Shown: piece after piece, positions 27,011 through 40,265 of the stretch
Position numbering within the stretch: the first letter of the stretch is position 1
How the letters are laid out: each line of letters begins with the position of its first letter
DNA from: Felis catus
Taxonomy: Eukaryota
Length of the DNA stretch: 64,000 nucleotides
Direction: 5' to 3'
Assembly (NCBI RefSeq): GCF_018350175.1
Contig: NC_058368.1
Span: 108,626,001-108,690,000 of the forward strand
Program-made: the position numbers and the translations under genes
Notes under the pieces: model-generated
Seen by the model: only the letters and a program-made list of their open reading frames with translations
Database searches by the model: none
Told to the model about the DNA's origin: nothing

Positions 27011-28120
27011 AGAAATATTCAAAAAGAAGACAGAAAACTTTATTTCTAGCAATCAGCTGTCTTCTCAACTGCTGGATTCCGTGAAACAACTAGTGCCTCT
27101 GATAAATCTCTTTGAATAGGTGTTTATTATATGCAGCCAACTCTGGAACACAAACTCAGAGTTGGAACTTGAACATCATAGGCAAATTTGTGTTAGGTTT
27201 CTTTTTTTTTATTTTCTCTTTTTTTTTTCTTTCACTCTTCCTTTCCTTTCTGGCTTAAAATCTCTTAAAATAGCTGTTTGTTCAAGACATAAGATGGGAT
27301 TGTTTATTAGGAAAATTTTTATCAAAAATTTTATGTATATTTAGCTGGTACACTGTCAGCTCTTGAATTCATTAGCTATTTAATCTTTCTTCATCTGGGA
27401 AAGGGAATGATGGGGATTATTCTACCCCTAGGGATTGCTGTGCAAAGGTTACGAATAATACATGTAAAGAGAACCTACAGTGCCTACAGAGTAGGAGATA
27501 TTCAATGATAGCTAGTATTTATTATTGTGGCTGCCATGGAGGTGTTCTGTTCAGACCTCCGTGAAGTGAGAACCTGCTGTTCCAGTGCAAAGAGTGCAGT
27601 TACCTGACAGCGCCCCAGTCCTCCCCCCCGCAACCCTCCCAACTTCTCTGGAATCTCTGGAAAGCTTCAGCTTTCAGGTTGAGGCCATCATCTTCTCAGG
27701 CAACCCCTAGCCAACGTTTGAGCATAGAAGCCCAATGTAAGACTCCTGTAATAGATAATCTTTGCTCCAGACCTCCTTATGGGGAAAGCTTCTGGCACAC
27801 TTGCAATGAGGGCTGAGACTATTCCTGCCCAATACTGCTTTCTCCCTATATTCCTTTCTCAGCTGTTATCCCCTCCAGTATACCACTTGAATGAACTCTT
27901 AATTCTGTCTGAATATCTACTTCCCCATGGTCCCAAGAGACATAATTGTTAACTATCAATCCACTAAAAAAAACCTGCCTATATACAGCTATAAATATAA
28001 ACCTCTCTGCATTTTTTCCTAGATTTGTTAACAAATCTATGTATATCTAAATCTTTCCAATAAGTACATTTTCTGGATACAGGCTTTTCAAGAATTAGTT
28101 AAAAGAAGACCAGTGCTTAC

Positions 28121-28285
28121 CGATGCAGATTCCATGGACTGAGGCAAAAGAACGTTGGTAACTGGTTCACCTGCACTGGTTTCAATAACAGATCTCTGGT
28201 GAGATGATGGAACCTTGATTTTTAGATGACGAGAACTTAACTTTGCTTGAAAATTTTTATCTGTATGTTCAGGATCTTTTTCAGG
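28121..28285 (-). CDS. MEIKIN: MEIKIN coding exon, 165 nt, PEKDPEHTDKNFQAKLSSRHLKIKVPSSHQRSVIETSAGEPVTNVLLPQSMESAS
   Basis: Minus strand atttatttcag|CCTGAAAAAG...GCATCG|gtaagc; 55 open codons, phase 0-0; inside ORF 28088..28306; resembles a segment I recall in mouse Meikin (KLSSxHLKIK). Confidence 0.87.
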
Positions 28286-28603
28286 CTGAAATAAATTCAT
28301 AATCATGAAATATACTCCATCATGAAATACATTCCATAATCATGAAATACACTGTAAAATTATTTGCAGCACTTCTCAGATGTCTTATTTTACTGTAATA
28401 TTAATGTAATAACTATTACAATTAAAATAGGGTATATTTATCAATCATATAAATATTATATATATAATTCTATTCTTATTTCCTCAACTTGAAAAAGAAT
28501 TTTCAACTTAAAGATAAAGGTTTTGTAAAAAAAAGTAAAGTTTTCTACATATTTAAAAATAAAATCTATTGAAAGACAAAACAGTTTGAAATACACGCAA
28601 CTC

Positions 28604-28800
28604 GGGGTGCCTGTGTGGCTCAGTTAAGCATCTAACTTTGGCTCAGGTCATGACCTCAAGATCCATGAATTTGAGCCCCACATTGGTCTCTATGCTGACA
28701 GCTGGAGCCTGCTTCAGATTCTAGTCTCCCTCTCTCTCTGCCTCTCCCTCACTCACACTCTTTCTCTCTCTCAAAAATAAATAAGCATTAAAAAAAAAAA
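28604..28800 (+). mobile_element. Can-SINE
   Basis: ggggtgcctgtgtggctcag...(CT)n, A-tail; flanking repeat gaaatacac(g/a)caa. Confidence 0.92.
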
Positions 28801-30034
28801 AGAAATACACACAATTCAAAAAATTTCCCTACTACATTTAAGGTAACCTCTCTTAAACAGTGTTCCATGAAAACAGATCATAATGAGATTTATCTACCTG
28901 TCGGTAGTTCAAACTAAATTTTAGAGAAAACATCAAATGTATTCATATTATGTATGTTCATAATAATGTATTTATTATGCAGTCATCTTCATTTAAGAAA
29001 TCAAAAGTACTTTCTAAGACATCAGGAAGCTGCAACTACAAGAAAGCATGTTCCTTTACCAATTAATCCCTCCATTGAAAATTGCGGATTGCTCAGTGAC
29101 TGCTTGTCTTGTGTGACTTGTCCAATACAGTATTCCCAGTTTACATATATTCAACATAACTGAGGAGGTGAAATTTGAGTTGAGTCCTGAAGAATGACAG
29201 TAGTTTTGAGTTGGGGCTGAGGGGATAAACACAATGGTAGAGAGAGGTAGGGGAAGGAAGGAAGGAGCTATAAAAAGAACAATGGTATGGAGCAAACAGC
29301 AAGGTATTTACTGGCATCTACTGACTTGCTACTCTCATGTATACGAAGCAAACAACTTTTTCTCTCACTCCTGTCACCATTCTCAGCAATTTCGTCACGC
29401 AAGTTGATAACTCATCTAACTAACTAGCCCTCCTGCAATTTTCAGTGGTTGACCTTTGCATTTTCAATAACTTTTTCGCTTCACGGTATTTTAATCATTC
29501 TGTGATCAAACATAGCTCTTACCATCAACGGAAATTACAGAACCACCAATTTGAATAGCTTCTTACATCCTTCCAACCTATGTTCAATTATGTTCATGAA
29601 ATCAACTCCCCTCCATTGAAATTTCCAATTTACTGATCCTACCATTCTATCTTGATACATTACCCTTCTCCTGTCTTATTCTTTCCTCATCTACCACCAT
29701 CTATCCTTGTAATTACTTGTGATCCCTTCTTCTATCACAGATATCTGACAAACCCCCAGCCCTAGATGACTCCTGATATCAATATCTTCTGTACCTCCAC
29801 TGCAGCTGAGTGCTGGGAAAACCATACAATCTGGCATATCAAAGTCACCACAAACTCAAAAGGAGTAGCCACAGACTGGCAACACTTCTGCATTTCTCTA
29901 GCTTCTCATGATTATGTCACTCTCTTCCCATTTTCCTGAAACCTCTGGTCTCCTTCCTTCTCCCATTCTCAGCTGACAGCCTTACCTCACACTTCCCCAC
30001 AACAACAGAGGTAATCAAATGGACATGACCATTA

Positions 30035-30162
30035 AGGATTCAATTTTGGGGGCCTGGTGCAAACTAAAAATGTGGGGTCCCTTGTTTAAAAAACTATTAA
30101 ACATGTCAAGGCAAGAGAGCATTAAATGAAATGTGGGATCCTTCTAAGCACAAAGCCCATGC
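30035..30162. mobile_element. MER45-like hAT DNA transposon fragment
   Basis: gggcctggtgcaaactaaaaatgtggggtcccttgtttaaaaa resembles recalled MER45. Confidence 0.6.
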
Positions 30163-31386
30163 TGCTACCACTATTTTTACAAATATACCACAATGGTAAT
30201 ATCTCTACTCTTATTTTAAAAATTTTTTCACATTTATTTATTTTTGAGAGAGAGAGAGAAAGAGTGTGAGCGGGGGAGGGGCAGAGAGAGAGGGAGATAC
30301 AGAATCTGAAGCAGCTCCAGGCTCTGAGCTGTCAGCACAGAGCCCGACTCAGGGCTCGAACCCATAAGCTGTGAGGTCATGACCTGAGCCAAAGTCAGAC
30401 ACTTAACCAACTAAGCCACCCAGGCACCCCTCTCTACTCTTTTAAAGGCCAGTTCCTCCACTTGTATTCTGGATCCCATCTTTCTTCATCTTTTCAAAGA
30501 CTTCCCTCTTCCTCCAATTGTATACGAAGTTTGTTGGGGTTTTTAAAAACAGCTTTATTGAGATATAATTAACATACCATAAAACTCATTCACTTTAAGA
30601 GTAAAATCAATGTATCTTAGTATGTTCACAGGTTTGTACAACCACTATAGCTTAATTTTAGAACATTTTTGTCCCTCCTAAAAGAAACTCTGTTCTCATT
30701 AGCAGTACATCTGCTAATGGAGTAAAAACAAAACAAAACATGTTTCCTCTGACCCTGCCTCTCCTTCTAATTACTGTGCTTTTTCTTAATTTACCTTCAG
30801 AGTCAAGCTCTATATGTAATCATTACTTCCTCACTTCTTTTTTCTTTTTTCCCACCTTTATTGTGGAAAAATTGACAAATATAATTGTATATATGTGAAG
30901 TGGACAAGTAACAGTATATACATATACACTGTTGAATGATAACCAAGATCAAGATAATTAATATATCCACCATCTGACATATTAATTTTGTGTGTGTGTG
31001 AGAAAGTTTAGAATCTACTCTCAGTAACTTACAAGTATGTAACAGTGTATTATGATCATCATTATGCTGTACATCAGATCTTCAGAACTTTCTCTCATTA
31101 TAACTGAAAGTTTGTACCTTTAGACATACATCTCCCCATTTCCCCAGACCCCTAGCCTCTGGCAACTACCATTGTATTTTCTATTCTTTGTTTCTATTCT
31201 TTGTTTTGTTTTTTGGGTATTTTTGGGTTTTGCTTGTTTTTTAGGATTCCACATATAAGTGATACCATGCAGTATTTGTCTTCCTCTGGTTTATTTCATT
31301 TAGCATAATGCCCTTCAGGTTCATATATGGCAAGATTGTAAATGGCAAGATTTTCTTCTTTTTTATAACCAAATAATATTCCATTA

Positions 31387-31450
31387 TCTGTATCTATATA
31401 TCTATATCTATATCTATATCTATATCTATATCTATATCTATTTCTATATC
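31387..31450. repeat. (TATATC)n hexanucleotide microsatellite
   Basis: Direct reading. Confidence 0.9.
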
Positions 31451-32884
31451 ACTTTCTTTACCCATTCATCTATTGAAGGACATTTAGGCTGTTTTCATAT
31501 CTTGGCTATTGAAAATAATACTGCAGTGAACATGGGAGTGCAGATATCTCCCTGAGATACTGATTTCATTTCCTTTTCCTTTGGATCTATACCCAGAAGT
31601 AACACTATAGGATATAGTTCTATTTTTAATAGTAACAGTAGTTCTATTTTTAATTTTATGAGGAACCACCATATGGTTCTCCACAATACTTGTACCAGTT
31701 TACATTCCCACTAACAGTATTTAAGCGTTCCCTTTTTTGCACATCTTTGCCAAAATTTGCTCTTACCTTTCTGTTAATAGCCATCCTACCAGATGTGAGG
31801 TGATCTCATTGTGGTTTGCATTTCCATTTCTCAGATTATTAGCGATATTGAGCACTTTTTCATGTATGTTTTGACAACTTTTACATCTTCTTTGGGAGAA
31901 TATCTATTCCGGTATTTTGCACGTTTTTAAATTGGATTACGTATTTGCTTTTTTGTTACTGAATTGTATAGGATCTTTAACTATTTTGAATATTAACCCC
32001 TTATAAGATATATGATTTGTAAATATTTTCTCTCATTCTTTGGGTTGCTTTTCCAATTAATTGTTTTATAAAAAATAAGTTTATTTATTATAAATTTATT
32101 AATTCCTTTGCTGTATAGAAGCTCTTTAGTTTGATGTTGTCTCACTTTAGTTTTTCTTGTGTGCTCCTTTCGTGTCTTATCAAAGAAATCATTGCCAAGA
32201 CCAATGTCAAGGATGTTTTTCCCTAAGTTTTCTTCTAGGAGTTTTATATTTTCAGGTTTTATATTTACATCCTTAATCCATTTTGAGTTAATTTTTGTGA
32301 GTGGTATAAGATAGGGGTCCCGTCTCATTCTTCTGCATGTGGATATCCAATTTTCCCATTACCATTTATTGAAGAGATTATCCTTTCCCCAGTTTGTGTT
32401 CTTGGCACCCTTGTCAAAAATCAGTTGGCTGTATATATGTGGGTTTATTTCTGGGCTCTCTATTCTGTTCCACTGGTCTATGTGCCAGTGCTGTACTATT
32501 TCCATTCTACAGATTTATAATATATACTGAAATCAAGAAATGTGATATCTCCAGTTTTGTTCTTCTTTCTCAAGATTGCTTTGGCTACTTGGGGGTCTTA
32601 TATGGTTCCACACAAATTTGAGGAGAGTTTTCTATTTCTGAGAAAAAATGTGATTGGAATTTTGAAAGGACAGCATTGGCTGTATAGATTGCTTTGGGTA
32701 GATGGACATTTTCACAATATTAATTCTTCCAATCTAAAAACATGCAATATCTTCCCATTTCTTTGTGTCCTCTTTGATTTCTTTCATCAGTGCCTTAGAG
32801 TTTATAGTGTACAGGTCTTTTACCCCCTTGTTTAAATTTATCTCTAAGTATTTTATTGTTTTTGATGAGATTCTAAATGGGATT

Positions 32885-33821
32885 TTTAAAGAAAAAACAC
32901 AGTTCTTTCCTCCACTGAGTCTTTCTCTTGCGAGTCTCCTTAACTACTCATTCAAAACACTCACACTTCTGATACTTCTGGTCACTACATGTGTTGGGAG
33001 TTTTTCCCACAACAAAATTTCTCTGCAACACCAGCTAGATGTCCTACAATTCAACTCAATTCTAACACTGTTTACCTGCAGATAATATCAGATCCCACAG
33101 GTTAAAGGCTTAGTCCCACAAGACTGCTCCCATACAAATCCAGATGCCAATCACAAGTAGTAGGTCCCCAGGTTATCCTCAAGTTCTATACAATTTGGCA
33201 ACAAATTGGAAGCCCCCATCACCCTATCCTCAGGTTCAATTAATTTGCTAGGGCAAATCACATAACCCAGGGAAACACTTACATTTACTAATTTATTAAA
33301 GGATATATACTAATATAGAGTGAGGTCTGGGAGGGTCCCAAGCATAAGAACTTCTTCCACAGTGCAGTTGTGATCTGTCACCTCCTGGTGTGGATGTGTT
33401 CACCAACCTAGAAGCTCTTCAAATCTCCTTCTATTAGAATTTTTATGGAGGGTTCCTCATGTAGGCATAATCAACTACTAACTTCATTCCAGCTCCTTTC
33501 CCCCCTTTGGAGAAGGGAGTGACTGGGTTGAAAATTTCAAGCTTTTAATTATGGCGTGGTCTTCCTGATGACCAGGTCCATCTAGGAGCCACAAAGGAGT
33601 ACACCCACCGTTGTCTCATGAACAGAAGATCCTCTAGTATTCTTATAACTTAGGGATTTACAAGGGTTTTAGGAGCCTTGTGTCAGGGATGGGGTCAAAA
33701 AAAATATTAAAACAAGAGATACTCCTGGTGTTCTTAACACTTAGGAAATTACAAGCACTTAGGAGCTGTGTGCCAGGAAATGGGGACAGAGACCAAAATA
33801 TATATTTCCTCTTATCTCACA
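32885..33821 (-). mobile_element. MER21-group (MER34/MER39-like) LTR inside the L1
   Basis: cacttctgatac...gtcctacaattcaactcaattct...cagatcccacaggtt; ends tctcaca; flanking GGATT at 32880-32884 and 33822-33826. Confidence 0.75.
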
Positions 33822-34649
33822 GGATTGCTTTCTGATTTCTGTTTCAAATAGTTTAATGCTAGTGTATAGGAACATAACAAATTGTTGTATGTTGATTTTG
33901 TATTCTGCAACTTTACAGAATTTATCCATTAGTTCTGACAGTCTTTTTGGTAGAGTCTTTAGGGTTTTCAATATATAATATCATGCCATCCACAAAGAGA
34001 TAATTTCCCTTCTTCCTTTCCTATATGCATGATTTTTACTTCTTTTTCTTATCAAATTGCTCTGGCTAAAATGTGCAGTACTATACTGAATAGAAGTGGC
34101 AAGAGTGAACATCTTTTCTTATTCCTGATCTTAGAGGAAAAGCTTTTAACTTTTCACCACTGAGTATGATATAAGCTATGGGCTTGTCATATGTAGCCTT
34201 TATTATGTTGAGGTATGTTCCTTCTATACCTAATTTGTTGAAAGTTTCTATTATGAAAGGATGTTGAATTTTGTCCAATGCTTTTCTGCATCTATTGAAA
34301 TGATATGCTTTCTATCCTTCATTCTGTTAATGTGGTGTATCACGTTAACTGATTCTCTTATGTTGAACTATACTTTCATACCAGGGATAAATCCTATTTG
34401 ATTGTGAAATACGATGTTTTCAATTCACTCTTGAATTTGGTTTGCTAGTGTTTTGTTGAGGATTGTTATCTATGTTCATCAGGAATATTGGCCAGTAATT
34501 TTCTTTTCTTTTAGTGTTCTTTCCTGGAGTTGGTATCACAGTAAAGCTGTCCTTGTAAAATGAGTTTGGAAGTGTTCTTTCCTCTTCAATTTTTAGAAAA
34601 GTTTGAGAAGGACTGATATTAATTCTTCTTTAAACATTTAAACATTAGA

Positions 34650-34772
34650 TGAGGCACCTGAGTGTCTCAGTTGGTTGAGCATCCAACTCTTGATTTCAGC
34701 TCAGGTCATGATCCCAAGGTTGTGGGACTGAACCTCACATCAGGCTCTGTGCTGAATGTGGAACCTGCTTAA

Positions 34773-34824
<52 letters not shown>

Positions 34825-37800
34825 AAAGGGAGCCAATTCCCATCACTGAACTTGCTTGCCACCGTGCAAACGCCTACCGCTGTGCTTCTGTGGATCCATC
34901 CCTCCGACAGGCCTGCCTCCCTCCCGGTGCTGCAGGGGTCCCTCCCACAAGGGACCACCGAAGGCAAAGCTAGCTAAGCCTGCCCCTCCTGCCCCTGTGC
35001 ACCTTGCAGAACCACCTGGCTAATACGCCCTTGACCAGATCCCATCTAAGCAGCACCACAAGCCTGGCAGTGTGCAAGTAGCCCAGACGGGGCCACACCA
35101 CTCCACAGTGAGTCCTGCCCCTGGGAGAGGGGAAGATGAGGTACACACCAGTCTGACTGTGGCCCCAGTGGTGGGCTGGGGGCAGACATCAGGTCTGACT
35201 GTGGCCCTGACACAAGTTACTCCTAACAGCATAGGGGAAGTGCCCTGCAGTTTGGAGTTACCACAGGGACTACCCAAAATGATGAAATGGAATAATTCTC
35301 CTCAAAAGAAACTCCAGGAAGTAGCGACAGCTAATGAATTGATCAAAAACAATTTAAGCAATATAACAGAACAAGAATTTAGAATAATAGTCATAAAATG
35401 AATTGCTGGGCTTGAAAACAGCATACAGGACAGCAGAGAATCTATTGCTACAGAGATCAAGGGACTAAGAAATAGTCATGGGGAGCTAAAAAAATGCTAT
35501 AAATGAGTTGCAAAATAAAATGGAGGCAGCCATAGCACGGATTGAAGAGGCAGAGGAGAGAATAGGTGAATTAGAAGATAAAATTATGGAGAAAGAGGAA
35601 GCTGAGAAAAAGAGAGATAAAAAAAAATCCAGGAGTATGAGGGGAGAATTAGATAACTAAGTGATACAATCAAATGGAACAATATCCATATCATAGGAAT
35701 TCCAGAAGGAGAGAGAGAAAGGGGCTGAAGGTGTACTTGAACAAACCATAGCTGAGAACTTCCCTGATCTGGGGAAGGAAAAAGGCATTGAAATCCAAGA
35801 GGCACACAGAACTCCCTTCAGACGTAACTTGAATCGATCTTCTGCACAACATATCATAGTGAAACTGGCAAAATACAAGGATAAAGAGAAAATTCTCAAA
35901 ACAGCTAGGAATAAACACACTGCCAGAAAGGAATGGCAGGAAATCTTCAATGTGATGAACAGAAAAAATATGCAGCCAACATTCCTTTATCCAACAAGTC
36001 TGTCATTTAGAATAGAAGGAAGGAGAGATAAAGGTCTTCCTAAGCAAACAAAAACTGAAGGAATTTACCACCACTAAACCAGCCCTACAAGAGATCCTAA
36101 GGGGGATCCTGTGAGACAAAGTGCCAGAGACATCAGTACAAGCATGAAACCTACAGACACCATAATGACTCTAAACCCCTATCTTTCATAATAACACTGA
36201 ATGTAAATGGACTAAATGCTCCAACCAAAAGACATAGGGTATCAGAATGGATAAAAAAACAAGACCCATCTATTTGCTGTCTACAAGAGACTCATTTTAG
36301 ACACAAAGGTACCTTCAGATTGAAAGTGAGGGGATGGAGAACTATCTATCATGCTACTGGAAGTCAAAAGAAAGCTGGAGTAGCCATACTTATATCAGAC
36401 AAACTAGACTTTAAATTAAAGGCTGTAACAAGAGATGAAGAAGGGCATTATATAATAATTACAGGGTCTATCTATCAGGAAGAGCTAACAATTATAAATG
36501 TCTATGCACCAAAACTGGGAGCCCCCAAATATATAAAGCAATTAAACACAAACATAAGCAACCTTATTGATAAGAATGTGGTAATTGCAGGGGACTTTAA
36601 TACCCCACTTAGAGCAATGGATAGATCATCTAGACACAAAATCAATAAAGAAACAAGGGCCCTGAATGATACACTGAATCAGATGGACTTGACAGATATT
36701 TAGAACTCTGCATCCCAAAGCAACAGAATATACTTTCTTATCGAGTGCACATGGAACATTCTCCAAGAAAGATCATGTGCTGGGTCACAAAACAGCCCTT
36801 CATAAGTATAAAATAATAGAGATCATACCATCCACTCTTTCAGACCACAAGGCTATGAAACTTTAAATCAACCAAGGAAAAAGTCTGGAAAACCTCCAAA
36901 AGCATGGAGGTTAAAGAACACCCTACTAAAGAATGAATGGGTCAACCAGGCACTTAGAGAAGAAATTTAAAAATATATGGAAACAAATGAAAATGAAAAT
37001 ACAATAATCCAAACACTTTGGGATGCAGCAAGGGCAGTCCTGAGAGGAAAATACATTGCAATCCAGGCCTATCTCAAGAAACAAGAAAAATCCCCAATAC
37101 AAAATCTAACAGCACACCTAAAGGAAATAGAAGCAGAACAGCAAAGAACCCAAACCCAGCAGAAGAAGAGAAATAATACAGACCAGAGCAGAAATAAACA
37201 ATATAGAATCTAAAAAAACTGTAGAGCAGATCAATGAAACCAAGAGTAGGTTTTTTGAAAAAATAAACAAAATTGATAAACCTCCAGCCAGGCTTCTCAA
37301 AAAGAAAAGGGAGAGGACCCAAATAGATAAAATCATGAATGAAAATGGAATTATTAAAACCAATCCCTCAGAAATACAAGCAATTATCAGGGAATACTAG
37401 GAAAAATTATATGCCAACTAACTGGACAACGTGGAAGAAATGGACAAATTCCTAAGCACCCACACACTTCCAAAACTCAAACAGGAAGAAATAGAAAACT
37501 TGAGCAGACCCATAACCAGCAAATAAATTGAATCAGTTATCAAAAATCTCCCAACAAATAAGAGTCCAGGACCAGATGGCTTCCCTGGGGAAGTCTACCA
37601 GACATTGAGAACAGAGATAATACCTATCCTTCTCAAGCTGTTCCAAAAAATAGAAAGGGAAGGAAAACTTCCAGACTCATTCTATGAAGCCAGCATTACT
37701 TTGATTCCCAAACCAGACAGAGACCCCACAAAAAAAGAGAACTACAGGCCAATATCCCCAATGAATATGGATGCAAAAATTCTCAACAAGATACTAGAAT

Positions 37801-40265
37801 ATCGAATTCAAAAGCATATAAGAATTAATCACCATGATATATTGGGATTCATTCCTGGGGTGCAGGGCTGGTTCAACATTTGCAAATCAATCAATGTGAT
37901 ACATCGCATTAATAAAAGAAAAGAACCTTATGATCCTGTCAATCGATGCAGAAAAAGCATTTGACAAAATTCAGCACCCTTTCTTAATAAAAACCCTCGA
38001 GAAAGTCAAGATAGAAGGAACATACTTAAACATCATAAAAGCCACTTATGAAAAGCCCACAGATAATATCCTCAATGGGGAAAAACTGAGAGCTTTCCCC
38101 CTGAGATCAGGAACATGACAGGGATGTCCACTCTCACCGCTGTTGTTTAACATAGTGTTGGAAGTTCTAGCATCAGCAGTCAGACAACAAAAGGAAATCA
38201 AAGGCATCAAAATTGGCAAAGATGAAGTCAAGCTTTCACTTTTTCAGATGACATGATATTATACATGGAAAACCCAACAGACTCCACCAAAAGTCTACTA
38301 GAACTGACACATGAATTCAGCAAAATTGCAGGATACAAAATCAATGTATGGAAATCAGGTGCATTCTTACATATTAATAATGAAGCAACAGAAAGACAAA
38401 TAAAGAAACTGATCCCATTCACAATGGCACCAAGAATCATAAAATAACCTAGAAATAAACCTAACCAAAGATGCAAAAGATCTGTATGCTGAAAACTATA
38501 GAAAGCTAATGAAGGAAATTGAAGAAGATATAAAGAAATGGAAAAACATTCCGTGCTCATGGATTGGAAGAATAAATATTGTTAAAATGTCAATACTCCC
38601 AAAGCTATCTACACATTCAATGCAATCCCAATCAAAATTGCACCAGCATTCTTCTTGAAACTAGAATAAGCAATCCTAAAATTTGTATGGAACCACAAAA
38701 GACCCCGAATAGCCAAAGTAATATTGAAGAAGACCAAAGCGGGAGGCATCACAATCTCAGACTTTAGCCTCTACTACAAAGCTGTAATCATCAAGACAGC
38801 ATGGTATTGGCACAAAAACAGACACATAGATCAATGGAATCGAATAGAGACTCCAGAATTGGACCCACAAAAGTATGGCCAACTCATCTTTGACAAAGCA
38901 GGAAAGAATATCCAATGGAAAAAAGACAGTCTCTTTAACAAATGGTGCTGGGAGAACTGGACAGCAACATGCAGAAGAATGAAACTAGACCACTTTCTTA
39001 TACCACTCACAAAAATAAACTCAAAATGGATAAAGGACCTGAATGTAAGACAGGATACCATCAAAACCCTAGAGGAGAAGGCAGGAAAAAACCTCTCTGA
39101 CCTCAAACACAGCAATTTCTTACTTGACACATCCCCAAAGGCAAGGGAATTAAAAACAAAAATGAGCTATTAGGACCTCATGAAGATAAAAAGCTTCTGC
39201 ACTGCAACGGAAACAATCAACAAAACTAAAACGCAACCAACAGAATGGGAAGATATTTGCAAATGACATATCAGACAAAGGGCTAGTATCCAAAATCTAT
39301 AAAGAACTCACCAAACTCCACACCTGAAAAACAAATAATCCAGTGAAGAAATGGGCAGAAAACATGAACAGACAATTCTGTAAAGAAGACATCCAGATGG
39401 CCAAGAGGTACATGAAAAGATGCTCAATGTCACTCTTCATCAGGGAAATACAAATCAAAACCACACTCAGATACCACGTCATGCCGGTCAGAGTGGCTAA
39501 AATGAACAAATCAGGAGACTATAGATGCTGGAGAGGATGTGGAGAAACGGGAACCCTCTTGCACTGTTGGTGGGAATGCAAACTGGTGCAGCCACTCTGG
39601 AAAACAGTGTGGAGGTTCCTCAAAAAATTAAAAATAGATCTACCCTATTTAAGACCCAGCAATAGCACTGCTAGGAATTTACCCAAGGGATACAGGAGTA
39701 CTGATGCATAGGGGCACTTGTACCCCAATGTTTATAGCAGCACTTTCAACAATAGCTAAATTATAGAAAGAGCCTAAATGTCCATCAACTGACGAATGGA
39801 TAAAGAAGTTGTGGTTTATATATACAACGAAATACTACTTGGCAATGAGAAAGAATGAACTATGGCCTTTTGTAACAACATGGATGGAAATGGAGAATGT
39901 TATGCTAAATGAAATCAGTCATACAGAGAAAGACAGATACCATATGTTTTCACTCCTATGTGGATCCTGAGAAACTTAACAGAAGACCATGGGGAGGGGA
40001 AGGGAAAAAAAAGTTAGAGAGGGAGGGAGCCAAACCATAAGAGACCCTTAAAAACTGAAAATAAACTGAGGGTTGATGGGAGGGTGGGAGGGAGGGGAAA
40101 GTGGGTGATAGGCATTGAGGAGGGCACCTGTTGGGATGAGCGCTGAGTGTTGTATGGAAACTAATTTGACAATAAATTTCATAGTAAAAAAAAAAGATTT
40201 TCTCTCTTTCTCTGTCTGCCCCTCTTCCACAGCTCATGCTGTCTCTCTAAAATAATTTTTTTTTA
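34650..40265 (+). mobile_element. Can-SINE split in two (about 34650-34820 and 40194-40265) by the L1
   Basis: 5' half ends ...cctgcttaagactc(tc)n; 3' half restarts aagattttctctct...ctgcccct. Confidence 0.85.
34821..40193 (+). mobile_element. Near-full-length felid L1 (partial 5' UTR, ORF1 about 35279-36113, ORF2 about 36165-39970), inactivated
   Basis: GC-rich 5' UTR; ORF1 fragments; EN motif (IAGDFNTPL); RT motifs ([15 protein letters not shown]); C-terminal HCWWECK; stops and frameshifts; A-tail; splits a Can-SINE. Confidence 0.96.

Noticed and set aside
34821..40193. Potentially active L1
   Set aside because: 5' UTR incomplete; ORF1 and ORF2 have stops and frameshifts.
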